The notes under the pieces: generated by a model
The model's database searches: none
What the model saw: only the letters and a program-made list of their open reading frames with translations
Told to the model about the DNA's origin: nothing
In this document: piece after piece, positions 23,524-37,396 of the stretch
How positions within the stretch are numbered: position 1 is the first letter of the stretch
Layout of the letters: every line of letters starts with the position of its first letter
Translations under genes and position numbers: made by a program
Assembly (NCBI GenBank): GCA_964016885.1
Contig: OZ024752.1
Location: 31,186,001 to 31,250,000, forward strand
Direction: 5' to 3'
Length of the DNA stretch: 64,000 nucleotides
Source of the DNA: Eledone cirrhosa
Lineage: Eukaryota

Positions 23524-26500
23524 CCATTATTTGTATTAGCAAAGGGCAGTGAATTGGCAGTATTGGTAGAGGGTCAAACATGCTTTCCATTATTTGTATT
23601 AGCAAAGGGCAGTGAATTGGCAGTATTGGTAGAGGGTCAAACATGCTTTCCATTATTTGTATTAGCAAAGGGCAGTGAATTGGCAGTATTGGTAGAGGGT
23701 CAAACATGCTTTCCATTATTTGTATTAGCAAAGGGCAGTGAATTGGCAGTATTGATAGAGGGTCAAACATGCTTTCCATTATTTGTATTAGCAAAGGGCA
23801 GTGAATTGGTAGTATTGGTAGAGGGTCAGACATGCTTTCCATTATTTGTATTAGCAAAGGGCAGTGAATTGGCAGTATTGGTAGAGGGTCAAACATGCTT
23901 TTCATTATTTGTATTAGCAAAGGGCAGTGAATTGGCAGTATTGGTAGAGGGTCAAACATGCTTTCCATTATTTGTATTAGCAAAGGGCAGTGAATTGGCA
24001 GTATTGGTAGAGGGTCAAACATGCTTTCCATTATTTGTATTAGCAAAGGGCAGTGAATTGGCAGTATTGATAGAGGGTCAAACATGCTTTCCATTATTTG
24101 TATTAGCAAAGGGCAGTGAATTGGCAGTATTGGTAGAGGGTCAAACATGCTTTCCATTATTTGTATTAGCAAAGGGCAGTGAATTGGCAGTATTGGTAGA
24201 GGGTCAAACATGCTTTCCATTATTTGTATTAGCAAAGGGCAGTGAATTGGCAGTATTGGTAGAGGGTCAAACATGCTTTCCATTATTTGTATTAGCAAAG
24301 GGCAGTGAATTGGCAGTATTGGTAGAGGGTCAAACATGCTTTCCATTATTTGTATTAGCAAAGGGCAGTGAATTGGTAGTATTGGTAGAGGGTCAAACAT
24401 GCTTTCCATTATTTGTATTAGCAAAGGGCAGTGAATTGGCAGTATTGATAGAGGGTCAAACATGCTTTCCATTATTTGTATTAGCAAAGGGCAGTGAATT
24501 GGCAGTATTGGTAGAGGGTCAAACATGCTTTCCATTATTTGTATTAGCAAAGGGCAGTGAATTGGCAGTATTGGTAGAGGGTCAAACATGCTTTCCATTA
24601 TTTGTATTAGCAAAGGGCAGTGAATTGGCAGTATTGGTAGAGGGTCAAACATGCTTTCCATTATTTGTATTAGCAAAGGGCAGTGAATTGGCAGTATTGG
24701 TAGAGGGTCAAACATGCTTTCCATTATTTGTATTAGCAAAGGGCAGTGAATTGGCAGTATTGGTAGAGGGTCAAACATGCTTTCCATTATTTGTATTAGC
24801 AAAGGGCAGTGAATTGGCAGTATTGGTAGAGGGTCAAACATGCTTTCCATTATTTGTATTAGCAAAGGGCAGTGAATTGGCAGTATTGGTAGAGGGTCAA
24901 ACATGCTTTCCATTATTTGTATTAGCAAAGGGCAGTGAATTGGCAGTATTGGTAGAGGGTCAAACATGCTTTCCATTATTTGTATTAGCAAAGGGCAGTG
25001 AATTGGCAGTATTGGTAGAGGGTCAAACATGCTTTCCATTATTTGTATTAGCAAAGGGCAGTGAATTGGCAGTATTGGTAGAGGGTCAAACATGCTTTCC
25101 ATTATTTGTATTAGCAAAGGGCAGTGAATTGGCAGTATTGATAGAGGGTCAAACATGCTTTCCATTATTTGTATTAGCAAAGGGCAGTGAATTGGCAGTA
25201 TTGGTAGAGGGTCAAACATGCTTTCCATTATTTGTATTAGCAAAGGGCAGTGAATTGGCAGTATTGATAGAGGGTCAAACATGCTTTCCATTATTTGTAT
25301 TAGCAAAGGGCAGTGAATTGGTAGTATTGGTAGAGGGTCAGACATGCTTTCCATTATTTGTATTAGCAAAGGGCAGTGAATTGGCAGTATTGGTAGAGGG
25401 TCAAACATGCTTTTCATTATTTGTATTAGCAAAGGGCAGTGAATTGGCAGTATTGGTAGAGGGTCAAACATGCTTTCCATTATTTGTATTAGCAAAGGGC
25501 AGTGAATTGGCAGTATTGGTAGAGGGTCAAACATGCTTTCCATTATTTGTATTAGCAAAGGGCAGTGAATTGGCAGTATTGGTAGAGGGTCAAACATGCT
25601 TTCCATTATTTGTATTAGCAAAGGGCAGTGAATTGGCAGTATTGGTAGAGGGTCAAACATGCTTTCCATTATTTGTATTAGCAAAGGGCAGTGAATTGGC
25701 AGTATTGGTAGAGGGTCAAACATGCTTTCCATTATTTGTATTAGCAAAGGGCAGTGAATTGGCAGTATTGGTAGAGGGTCAAACATGCTTTCCATTATTT
25801 GTATTAGCAAAGGGCAGTGAATTGGCAGTATTGGTAGAGGGTCAAACATGCTTTCCATTATTTGTATTAGCAAAGGGCAGTGAATTGGCAGTATTGATAG
25901 AGGGTCAAACATGCTTTCCATTATTTGTATTAGCAAAGGGCAGTGAATTGGCAGTATTGGTAGAGGGTCAAACATGCTTTCCATTATTTGTATTAGCAAA
26001 GGGCAGTGAATTGGCAGTATTGGTAGAGGGTCAAACATGCTTTCCATTATTTGTATTAGCAAAGGGCAGTGAATTGGCAGTATTGGTAGAGGGTCAAACA
26101 TGCTTTCCATTATTTGTATTAGCAAAGGGCAGTGAATTGGCAGTATTGGTAGAGGGTCAAACATGCTTTCCATTATTTGTATTAGCAAAGGGCAGTGAAT
26201 TGGCAGTATTGGTAGAGGGTCAAACATGCTTTCCATTATTTGTATTAGCAAAGGGCAGTGAATTGGCAGTATTGGTAGAGGGTCAAACATGCTTTCCATT
26301 ATTTGTATTAGCAAAGGGCAGTGAATTGGCAGTATTGGTAGAGGGTCAAACATGCTTTCCATTATTTGTATTAGCAAAGGGCAGTGAATTGGCAGTATTG
26401 GTAGAGGGTCAAACATGCTTTCCATTTGTATTAGCAAAGGGCAGTGAATTGGCAGTATTGGTAGAGGGTCAAACATGCTTTCCATTATTTGTATTAGCAA

Positions 26501-29500
26501 AGGGCAGTGAATTGGCAGTATTGGTAGAGGGTCAAACATGCTTTCCATTATTTGTATTAGCAAAGGGCAGTGAATTGGCAGTATTGGTAGAGGGTCAAAC
26601 ATGCTTTCCATTATTTGTATTAGCAAAGGGCAGTGAATTGGCAGTATTGGTAGAGGGTCAAACATGCTTTCCATTATTTGTATTAGCAAAGGGCAGTGAA
26701 TTGGCAGTATTGGTAGAGGGTCAAACATGCTTTCCATTATTTGTATTAGCAAAGGGCAGTGAATTGGCAGTATTGGTAGAGGGTCAAACATGCTTTCCAT
26801 TATTTGTATTAGCAAAGGGCAGTGAATTGGCAGTATTGGTAGAGGGTCAAACATGCTTTCCATTATTTGTATTAGCAAAGGGCAGTGAATTGGCAGTATT
26901 GGTAGAGGGTCAAACATGCTTTCCATTATTTGTATTAGCAAAGGGCAGTGAATTGGCAGTATTGGTAGAGGGTCAAACATGCTTTCCATTATTTGTATTA
27001 GCAAAGGGCAGTGAATTGGCAGTATTGATAGAGGGTCAAACATGCTTTCCATTATTTGTATTAGCAAAGGGCAGTGAATTGGCAGTATTGGTAGAGGGTC
27101 AGACATGCTTTCCATTATTTGTATTAGCAAAGGGCAGTGAATTGGCAGTATTGATAGAGGGTCAAACATGCTTTCCATTATTTGTATTAGCAAAGGGCAG
27201 TGAATTGGCAGTATTGATAGAGGGTCAAACATGCTTTCCATTATTTGTATTAGCAAAGGGCAGTGAATTGGCAGTATTGATAGAGGGTCAAACATGCTTT
27301 CCATTATTTGTATTAGCAAAGGGCAGTGAATTGGCAGTATTGGTAGAGGGTCAGACATGCTTTCCATTATTTGTATTAGCAAAGGGCAGTGAATTGGCAG
27401 TATTGGTAGAGGGTCAAACATGCTTTCCATTATTTGTATTAGCAAAGGGCAGTGAATTGGCAGTATTGATAGAGGGTCAAACATGCTTTCCATTATTTGT
27501 ATTAGCAAAGGGCAGTGAATTGGCAGTATTGATAGAGGGTCAAACATGCTTTCCATTATTTGTATTAGCAAAGGGCAGTGAATTGGCAGTATTGGTAGAG
27601 GGTCAGACATGCTTTCCATTATTTGTATTAGCAAAGGGCAGTGAATTGGCAGTATTGGTAGAGGGTCAAACATGCTTTCCATTATTTGTATTAGCAAAGG
27701 GCAGTGAATTGGCAGTATTGATAGAGGGTCAAACATGCTTTCCATTATTTGTATTAGCAAAGGGCAGTGAATTGGCAGTATTGGTAGAGGGTCAAACATG
27801 CTTTCCATTATTTGTATTAGCAAAGGGCAGTGAATTGGCAGTATTGGTAGAGGGTCAAACATGCTTTCCATTATTTGTATTAGCAAAGGGCAGTGAATTG
27901 GCAGTATTGATAGAGGGTCAAACATGCTTTCCATTATTTGTATTAGCAAAGGGCAGTGAATTGGCAGTATTGGTAGAGGGTCAAACATGCTTTCCATTAT
28001 TTGTATTAGCAAAGGGCAGTGAATTGGCAGTATTGGTAGAGGGTCAAACATGCTTTCCATTATTTGTATTAGCAAAGGGCAGTGAATTGGCAGTATTGGT
28101 AGAGGGTCAAACATGCTTTCCATTATTTGTATTAGCAAAGGGCAGTGAATTGGCAGTATTGGTAGAGGGTCAAACATGCTTTCCATTATTTGTATTAGCA
28201 AAGGGCAGTGAATTGGCAGTATTGATAGAGGGTCAAACATGCTTTCCATTATTTGTATTAGCAAAGGGCAGTGAATTGGCAGTATTGGTAGAGGGTCAAA
28301 CATGCTTTCCATTATTTGTATTAGCAAAGGGCAGTGAATTGGCAGTATTGATAGAGGGTCAAACATGCTTTCCATTATTTGTATTAGCAAAGGGCAGTGA
28401 ATTGGCAGTATTGGTAGAGGGTCAAACATGCTTTCCATTATTTGTATTAGCAAAGGGCAGTGAATTGGCAGTATTGGTAGAGGGTCAAACATGCTTTCCA
28501 TTATTTGTATTAGCAAAGGGCAGTGAATTGGCAGTATTGATAGAGGGTCAAACATGCTTTCCATTATTTGTATTAGCAAAGGGCAGTGAATTGGCAGTAT
28601 TGGTAGAGGGTCAAACATGCTTTCCATTATTTGTATTAGCAAAGGACAGTGAATTGGCAGTATTGGTAGAGGGTCAAACATGCTTTCCATTATTTGTATT
28701 AGCAAAGGGCAGTGAATTGGCAGTATTGGTAGAGGGTCAAACATGCTTTCCATTATTTGTATTAGCAAAGGGCAGTGAATTGGCAGTATTGGTAGAGGGT
28801 CAAACATGCTTTCCATTATTTGTATTAGCAAAGGGCAGTGAATTGGCAGTATTGATAGAGGGTCAAACATGCTTTCCATTATTTGTATTAGCAAAGGGCA
28901 GTGAATTGGCAGTATTGGTAGAGGGTCAAACATGCTTTCCATTATTTGTATTAGCAAAGGGCAGTGAATTGGCAGTATTGATAGAGGGTCAAACATGCTT
29001 TCCATTATTTGTATTAGCAAAGGGCAGTGAATTGGCAGTATTGGTAGAGGGTCAAACATGCTTTCCATTATTTGTATTAGCAAAGGGCAGTGAATTGGCA
29101 GTATTGGTAGAGGGTCAAACATGCTTTCCATTATTTGTATTAGCAAAGGGCAGTGAATTGGCAGTATTGATAGAGGGTCAAACATGCTTTCCATTATTTG
29201 TATTAGCAAAGGGCAGTGAATTGGCAGTATTGGTAGAGGGTCAAACATGCTTTCCATTATTTGTATTAGCAAAGGACAGTGAATTGGCAGTATTGGTAGA
29301 GGGTCAAACATGCTTTCCATTATTTGTATTAGCAAAGGGCAGTGAATTGGCAGTATTGGTAGAGGGTCAAACATGCTTTCCATTATTTGTATTAGCAAAG
29401 GGCAGTGAATTGGCAGTATTGGTAGAGGGTCAAACATGCTTTCCATTATTTGTATTAGCAAAGGGCAGTGAATTGGCAGTATTGATAGAGGGTCAAACAT

Positions 29501-29571
29501 GCTTTCCATTATTTGTATTAGCAAAGGGCAGTGAATTGGCAGTATCGATAGAGGGTCAGACATGCTTTCCA
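23524..29571. repeat. 63-bp tandem array (~96 copies) derived from a SINE 5' head, inside a tetraspanin intron
   Basis: Unit TTATTTGTATTAGCAAAGGGCAGTGAATTGGCAGTATTGGTAGAGGGTCAAACATGCTTTCCA. The last unit runs into a complete SINE (to ~29712). Confidence 0.97.
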
Positions 29572-29832
29572 GCGTAGTTACGTCCCTTTACGATCTGAGT
29601 TCAAATCCCGCTGAGGTTAACTTTGCCTTTCATCCTTACGGGGTCAATAAAATAAAGTACCAGTAATGTACTGGGTAATTGCTGGCCTTGTGCCAAAAAG
29701 TAGAAACAATTATTTGTATTAGCAGTAATATTAGTTTTTTTTTATAATTAATTAGTATAGTTTTTAAATAAACTTGACTTTGATGCATTTTTTTTTAAGC
29801 TCCACCTAAATATTTTAAAAATATATTTTCAG

Positions 29833-29883
29833 GAAAATGGTCTCGTCAATTTAAAATGTGGCAACAAAATGTTAGATGACAAT
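29833..29883 (+). CDS. TspanC8-type tetraspanin small exon (7th EC2 Cys)
   Basis: tttcag|GAA..AAT|gtgagt, 51 nt, ENGLVNLKCGNKMLDDN. Keeps the frame. Confidence 0.88.
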
Positions 29884-30315
29884 GTGAGTCCTTTAGAACT
29901 TAATTTTTTATATCTTTTTTTTTTCAGAATTCTATTTATAGAATCGATAGAGTAAATCAGAGTAAATACCTCAGTATTTGTGGCTCTCAGCACTCTTGAG
30001 TTCAAATCCAGTTGAGGTCAACTTTGCCTTTCATCCCTTCAGGGTTGATGAACTACCAGCTCAGGAGTGGTTGATTAATGGAATTTATAAGGTTTTTCGA
30101 CAAAATGCTGAGGTCAACTTTGCCTTTCATCTTTTCAGAGTTGAGAAAATACCTGTTGATTAATGGAATTGGTAAGGTGTGAGACAAAATGCTTTGCAGT
30201 GTCTGCTTTGGCTCAATGCAGACACCTCATGTCACCAGAAAAGCTGTGACACTTATGCCAGGAGTTGTACCTGGCAGATACTATCATCAATGGAAACAAT
30301 TTCATTAGTCTAGAT

Positions 30316-30717
30316 AATAATAATAATAATAATAATAATTGTGTACAGTGCTCAGGTGCACTATAACTCATCAAAGGTGCATGTCTAGTACATAGAATAA
30401 TGTACAAATGTCAGAAAAGTGAACAGTGTATGAGTCATGATATACACACACACGCGTGTGTATGGAGGGGAATATCAGGTGTAGTGTTGGCGAATTTGGG
30501 GGAGCATGGAAGTTTTGAAGGATGCAGTGTCTCAACAGCTAACAACTGATGCGGGTAGTTTGTTCCATGCTTCAATAACTCTGAATGTGAAACAATGTTT
30601 CTGAAAGTCATGGGAGCTGCACTGTTTTCTGATTTTGTAAGCATGTCCACAGGTGTTAAACACATGGAATTTAAAAAGGTGCTCTAAAAAGGTGTTGTTG
30701 GCAAGATGGTTAATAAT
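30316..30717 (-). mobile_element. 5'-truncated CR1/L2-type LINE end with (TTA)n tail
   Basis: Minus strand GHAYKIRKQ..KHCFTFRVIEAWNKLPASVVS. The tail GTGCACCTGAGCACTGTACACAA is also at 14227 and 14637. Confidence 0.75.
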
Positions 30718-30917
30718 CATCGATGGAAGCAATTTCACAAGTCTAGATACTAAAAGTAAAATATATGCTCAATAAAATGACTGGAGTTCAATATAAGACA
30801 GTAAGGTATTTGGACAGTGAACAGCACATACACTTGAGATAGTAGAGTTGTATTCTATTTTATGTTTTATTGGCAAAGTAATTTCTTGAGTTTTTTTTTT
30901 TTTTTTTTTTTTTATAG

Positions 30918-31037
30918 ATATTTGGTAAATTTGGTAATGCTATCAACACCCGGGGATGCCAATATGCAATCAGAATGTGGATAACAAATAACATGCTAAA
31001 ATTAGGTGGCATCATACTTGGAATTCTTGTCCCACAG
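30918..31037 (+). CDS. TspanC8-type tetraspanin exon (end of EC2, TM4)
   Basis: (t)n-atag|ATA..CAG|gtaatt, 120 nt. IFGKFGNAINTRGCQYAIRMWITNNMLKLGGIILGILVPQ. Confidence 0.92.
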
Positions 31038-31918
31038 GTAATTATCTATTGTTATTTATTATATATATTTATTATATATATTTATTATATATTTATTATA
31101 TATAAGCCATGCTTTCCAACATAGTTACGTCCTTTTATGATCTGAGTTCAAATCCCGCCGAGGTTGACTTTGCCTTTCATCCTTACGGGGTCGATAAAAT
31201 AAAAGTACCAGTAATGCACTGAGTAATTGCTGGCCTTGTGCCTAAAGTAGAAACAGTTATTTATTATATATATATATATATATATACATACACACGCTCA
31301 TATACATACATACAAAGGGTTACTTGAAAAGTTCATAGGCTGACCAAGATACTCACAACTTGAGTTTTAGAAGCTTTTTCAAAGGAATGGAATCACACAC
31401 ACTCACACACACTCTCACACTCACATTCACACACACGGCTAACCCCTGCTTTAAAGTCTGAAAAGTATACAGTCTGTCATGAGCCTGGGGCCTCATCCGG
31501 GTGGTGCTTATCCTGGTTTCTGTGGCATGAAGTGACTGAGAGTACAAGACTCTTCCCTGGCTGGACAGGATGCCAATCCAGCACAGGATTAAATCCTCAT
31601 CTATTGCTGGAACTCATTTTCAACTGAGTATACTGGAGCAACGTGAACTTAGATGTTTTGCTCAAGAACACAACACACAATCCAATCTAGGAATCGAACC
31701 CACAACATTATGATTGGAAGCCTAACACCCTTACCACTAAGCCAGGCATCTCCCTTCTCTATCAGAGAAAACAAAGACTTTGAAATGCTTGCTACTGCAT
31801 AATGAATTAATTTGATTATGTTTATCTTAAGTATTAGTAATTCAGGGCAAGGACGGGTAGGCTTGCTAGTTATTTTTGTTATGCCTTTTGTATTTTCATG
31901 GTAAAGGCTTTACCTAGT

Positions 31919-32134
31919 TTAACCCTTTAGCATATACATTACTCTATATATACTATTGTATTTTCATGCTAAAGGCATTATCTCACGTAATATCGAATCT
32001 ATAAGATTTTGATGTTATTTATTTTGAGAACAATACCCCAACGTCAGTATGAACAGCTGGTTACAGCCGGTTTGAACAGAAAGAGGTGAGAGAATTCTGG
32101 CCAGATACGGCCGGTTTAAATGCTAAAGGGTTAA
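31919..32134. mobile_element. piggyBac-like MITE
   Basis: TTAA-CCCTTTAGCAT..ATGCTAAAGGG-TTAA. Confidence 0.8.
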
Positions 32135-32197
32135 ATAAATAAATATTTCCTATAAGTTTATCATGTTTTAATATTTTCCTCCTCCTTCTCTTCACAG

Positions 32198-32323
32198 TTC
32201 TTCCTCATCCATCTTGTCCGTGCATTCAAGTCACAAATCGCCCATCAACGTGCCAAATTAAAGCGAAGTGAAATGCTCTTACTTCAGGCGGAAGGACACG
32301 AGAATATTTCCCATATATCATAA
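32198..32323 (+). CDS. TspanC8-type tetraspanin terminal coding exon
   Basis: Polypyrimidine tract then cacag|TTC. FFLIHLVRAFKSQIAHQRAKLKRSEMLLLQAEGHENISHIS*, TAA at 32321-32323. Confidence 0.85.
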   Translation, partial: FFLIHLVRAFKSQIAHQRAKLKRSEMLLLQAEGHENISHIS

Positions 32324-32456
32324 TCTTCATATATATATATATTCTAAAGATATTGAAAGAAATTTTAAAAAAATGTTTTGTTTTAATTAAATCTGGTTTT
32401 TGAAAGAAAGAATCTTTATAACATACATACACACACATGTACAAGAGTGATTACAT

Positions 32457-32498
<42 letters not shown>

Positions 32499-32619
32499 TC
32501 GCACACACACACACAGATGTGTACAATAGCCTCATACATTTATACACATGTTCAGTGACAACAAGAAAATAATGTTTAGTTTTATTTCCCTCTCCATCAC
32601 CAGAACAGAAGGAGGTTTC

Positions 32620-32906
32620 CTATATAATTATATAGGGATATAAACCATATATATCCCTATATAATTATATAGGGATATAATCCATATATAATCCTATATA
32701 ATTATATAGGGATATAATCCATATATAATCTTATATAATTATATAGGGATATAATCCATATATAATCTTATATAATTATATAGGGATATAATCCATATAT
32801 AATCTTATATAATTATATAGGAATATAATCCATATATAATCTTATATAATTATATAGGGATATAATCCATATATAATCCTATATAATTATATAGGGATAT
32901 AATCCA
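32620..32906. repeat. 37-bp AT-rich minisatellite
   Basis: TATATAATTATATAGGGATATAATCCATATATAATCY, about 7-8 copies. Confidence 0.9.
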
Positions 32907-34640
32907 TCAATGAATCTTTATGTAAATATTGGTGGAAATTACAGAAAAATTTCTGTAATTTTCCTTCTTCTTTTTAAGAATTTTTTTAAAAGTCTCATTT
33001 TGAATAAAGGGAATGATTATAAAACACACAAATATACAGACACATACATATATATATATATATACATACATACAGATATACACATATATACATACATACA
33101 TAGACAGACACATACACAGACAGACATATATATGCACTCAGATATACACATATACATACATACATACATAGACACATACACAGACAAACATATATGCACT
33201 CAGATATACACATATATATACATACATATATAGAAATACACACACACTCACCTGATACACACATATACATACACACATATACATACATACATACATACAT
33301 ACATACATAGACATTCACTCAGCTACACACATATATACACACACATACACGTACACAGATACATACACACACATACACTGACATACATACACACTCACAC
33401 AGATACACATATATGCACACATACATACATGCACAGACACACACTCACTCTCACATATATACATACACAACCCACAGACATACAAACACACATACATCGG
33501 CAGACATATATACAGACACATACACATGCTTACACTCACATACACACACACACACACACATTCTCACTCATTCACTCACAACAACAAAAGAATCAGCAAG
33601 TCCACGAGAAAGCCTCTGTGTGATCACTCGATATGCTAGAAATAGCAGTCAAATTTTCCTCCCCCAAAACCACCACACGTAGTATCTACTTTTGTTTAAA
33701 AAACAAGGAAGGACATATTTGGATGATGTAGTCTAATTGTGAATACAATGTCTGAGAAGTGGTCATGGGTGGAACATGTTGATCAGGGCTGACCTAGGGC
33801 TAAACAACAACTCAAACAACAGAGGAATCTTATGTAAATTTCTGAGATCAGGTATTGTCTAAATATTTCTTGGATTGTTAATTAATCATTATCGTTTGTG
33901 TTCTACAGTATCAGTTAATTAATTGGTTAATCAATTGATTGGATTGGGAGTGGGGTGTTTGTGGGAAGGGGGAGAGGGGATGAGTGTCAGTAAATGCTCT
34001 AAGTTAAAATCCGGAATCCAAAGTGGTGGTGGTGGTCTGTGCAAAGCCCAATTTAATGGGGGCAAATGCCCCAGCCCCCTGCAGTGAGGGGCCCGACCAG
34101 CGATGGCCATAGCAATTTATTTTTGCCATCAGCTGGGCTATTTAGGTTTAGGGTGGTTAGAATTTTTGAATTTAATACCTGTATGTATAGCTTTGATATG
34201 TAAAATTGTGAGGTGAGGTTTACTGTGTATTCTAATTTTTTGCATATGAGTGACCTCCCAAACCTGAAGTGCCCCGGGCTCCCTCTAGGTCTAAATCCAA
34301 CCCTGAGTCTGTATAGGCAAAAGTTAATCTATAATATGAAATGAAATGATTATGTCCTAACACAAATGACCCTAATAAACAATAGCGGAGACAGAAATCA
34401 ACTTTTTTCTGTCTCCAAAGGTACTTTACCTGATTTTTTTCAACTATTATATATAGTGACCAACTATTTATATAATCATTTACGTTTGGACACACCACAT
34501 TTTGAATCTGTCTTCTACTGTAGCCTCAGGGCAACACCTAGGGCAAATGTCTTCTACTATAGCCTCAGAACCTCAGGTTGACTAAGGCCTTGTCAGTGAA
34601 ATTTGGTAGGCAGAATCTGTGGAAGCTATATATATGTGTG

Positions 34641-34696
<56 letters not shown>

Positions 34697-35584
34697 CTTG
34701 CCGAATACGAGCTGAAACTGCTAGGTGTAGCGGATGGGTTTTTACTTTCCTTTGTGTATATATATATGTGTGTGTGTCTGCATGTCTGTGTTTATGTCCT
34801 GTCACCTAGCAGTTCAACAAATAGAGATTGATAAAATAAGTACGATACTTTAAAATAATAAGCTGTGGAATTATTGATTGACCATAAACCCTTCAAGGTG
34901 GTGCCCCAGCATGACCGCAGTCTAATGACCGAAACCAGTAAAATAAAAGAATAAAGGACATATTTTATGTCAGTTAGTTGCAAGTTATCTGTGATATAAG
35001 TTTCACCTAGTGATTGACTACAATGAATTCTGTTCATCTAGTAGGTGAAACTTATATTGCAAGTAGCAGCCATTCATTTACACAAAATGTATATTAGCCC
35101 ACTCTACTTATAGAGGTCTGTTATCAAATGATGTTTGTATGTGCCCTTAAAGTAACAATATCATGATATATAGGTCGATACAGATGTTGCTAAGGACCTT
35201 ATTTCTACATGTGTGTGTGTGAGTACCACTTCAGCTGACTTTAAATACAGAATCTCTAAACCCGATACAAAACAGTCCCAACATTAACTCTTTAACCCTT
35301 GTTGTGCCACATTGAAAACCCTGCATTACAAATATATGGTACTCAATGTGAACCTAGGCCAGAAATGTGATATACATGCATGTATCATCATCATCATCAT
35401 CATCGTTTAACGTCCATTTTTCCAAGCTAGCGTTGGTTAGATTAGATGAGACTTGTGAGATAAGTCAGACTGTCTTGTTCATACAAAATCAGCAAGACAT
35501 GGCTTGTTTGTATGTGTATACATATAATACATAATGTACACACATACATACATATGTGTGTGTGTATATGTACATTTATATATA

Positions 35585-35920
35585 TACAGGTTCCCCTCAA
35601 ATATATAAACTCATTAACCTTTTAGCATTTACATTACTCAATATATACTATTATATTTTCATGGTAAAGGCTTTACCTCACATAATTATCTCACATAATA
35701 TCGAATCTGAGATTTTGAAAGTATTTATTTTGAGAACAATACCTTAACATCAGTTTGAGTGACCAGTTACAGCCAGTTTCAACAGAAAGAGGTAGAGAAT
35801 TCTGGTCGGTTTTGGCCAGTTTGAACACTAAAGGGTTAAATGTCAATAAATACATTGTTTATTGAGTTAGAAACAAGACTAATAGTTAAATGGGAGGACA
35901 TTTTAGAGAGGACCCCTGTA
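35585..35920. mobile_element. Mariner-like MITE containing a nested piggyBac-like MITE (35614-35839)
   Basis: TA-CAGGTTCCCCTC..GAGGACCCCTG-TA outer ends (imperfect). Inner element is TTAA-bounded. Confidence 0.6.
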
Positions 35921-36068
35921 TCATCATCATCATCATCATCATCATTTAACGTCCACTTTCCTTGCTGTGCGTGTGTGTATATAATGTAATAGTGAATCAT
36001 AAACTGATTGTAAATGTACATACTTCGAAATGTGCTGAGTACTTCTTTTGTGTGTGTCTGTGTGTGTG

Positions 36069-36102
<34 letters not shown>

Positions 36103-36994
36103 GAGGTGGAAAACCCGATGTATATCGAGAGGTGACCACAGTTAAAAAGGTACTCAATACGTTACTAAAGTATAAGCATCTTTATTTATATATATATGTC
36201 AAATTAATGAAGTCATTAGTATGTCTGAAAGAATGTTTTGTGGTATCTGTCCTGACTCTGCTCTGTGTTTTCAAATTCTGCTGAGGTCAACTTTTCCTTT
36301 CATCCGTTTTGGGGTCGACAAATAAAATAGAATTCCTAGGGTGACAAGATTGTTAAAGTGTCGGAGGAGTTACCTTGTCATATCTGGTTTGTCTGTGACT
36401 CTGTGGCCATTCTGAAGTGAAATCCCCTCTACTGGCACTCTCTAGAAAACTGGTGATGCTACTGCTAAGAATTACAACTGACAGATGATATCAGTACTTG
36501 AGAAAAGACCAAAGGAAGCAATGTTTCTTTGGTCTTTGTCAGCAGTATCAGACCATTCCCATATGTATGATGCATGTGTGTACAAATGAATCTATAAATA
36601 TATTGTCCTGGAAGACAATCAGAAACAAATGAACAAATTAAAGTATAATGTAGCAGTATCGGTGGAGTGTCGGACAGCATGCTTTATGGCATAGTGTTAC
36701 GGCCCTTTACGTTCTGAGTTCAAATCCTGCTGAGGTTAGCTTTGCCTTTCATCCTTACAGAGTTGATAAAATAAAGTACCAGTAATGCACTGGGGCCGAT
36801 TTAATCGACTTTCCCCTTCCCCCAAATTGTTGGCCTTGTGCCTAAATCAGAAACCAATATAAAATACAGATACAAATTGAAAAAAAAAAAACATTCAAGA
36901 AAATTTTAATTACCATAACAATAAAAATAATAATAATAATAAATATTTGTTTAAGCATCACATCTATTTTAACACTGACCACTCTTGTTAGAAA

Positions 36995-37396
36995 TTAACC
37001 CTTTAGCATTTACATTACTCTATATTTACTATTGCATTTTTGCAGTAAAGGCTTTATCTCACGTAAATACCATATTTTCCGGTGCCGAAGATGCTTCGTC
37101 CTTGAGGACCCACCCTAATTTTGACAACCAAAAATTTGAAAAAAAAATAATCAACAACCTTCAGCCTCCAGGACCCATGGTAGATTTTTGAGACTTATTT
37201 TAGGAAAAAAGTAGCATCTTCGATGCCGGGAAATACAGTATCTACATAATATCGAATCTACAAGATTTTGATGATGATATTTATTTTGAGAACAATACCT
37301 TAACATCGATATGAGTGGCCGGTTATGGTTGGTTTGAACAGAAAGAGCTGGGAGAATTCTGGCCAGATACAGCCGGTTTAAATGCTAAAGGGTTAA
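36995..37396. mobile_element. piggyBac-like MITE with a nested Tc1/mariner(pogo)-like MITE (37068-37240)
   Basis: Outer TTAACCCTTTAGCATT/AATGCTAAAGGGTTAA. Inner TACCATATTTTCCGGTGCCGAAGATGC/GCATCTTCGATGCCGGGAAATACAGTA. Confidence 0.75.

Noticed and set aside
23492-29577. Two ~2000-aa ORFs on opposite strands
   Set aside because: They result from a stop-free 63-bp (21-codon) SINE-derived unit in an intron. No protein features.
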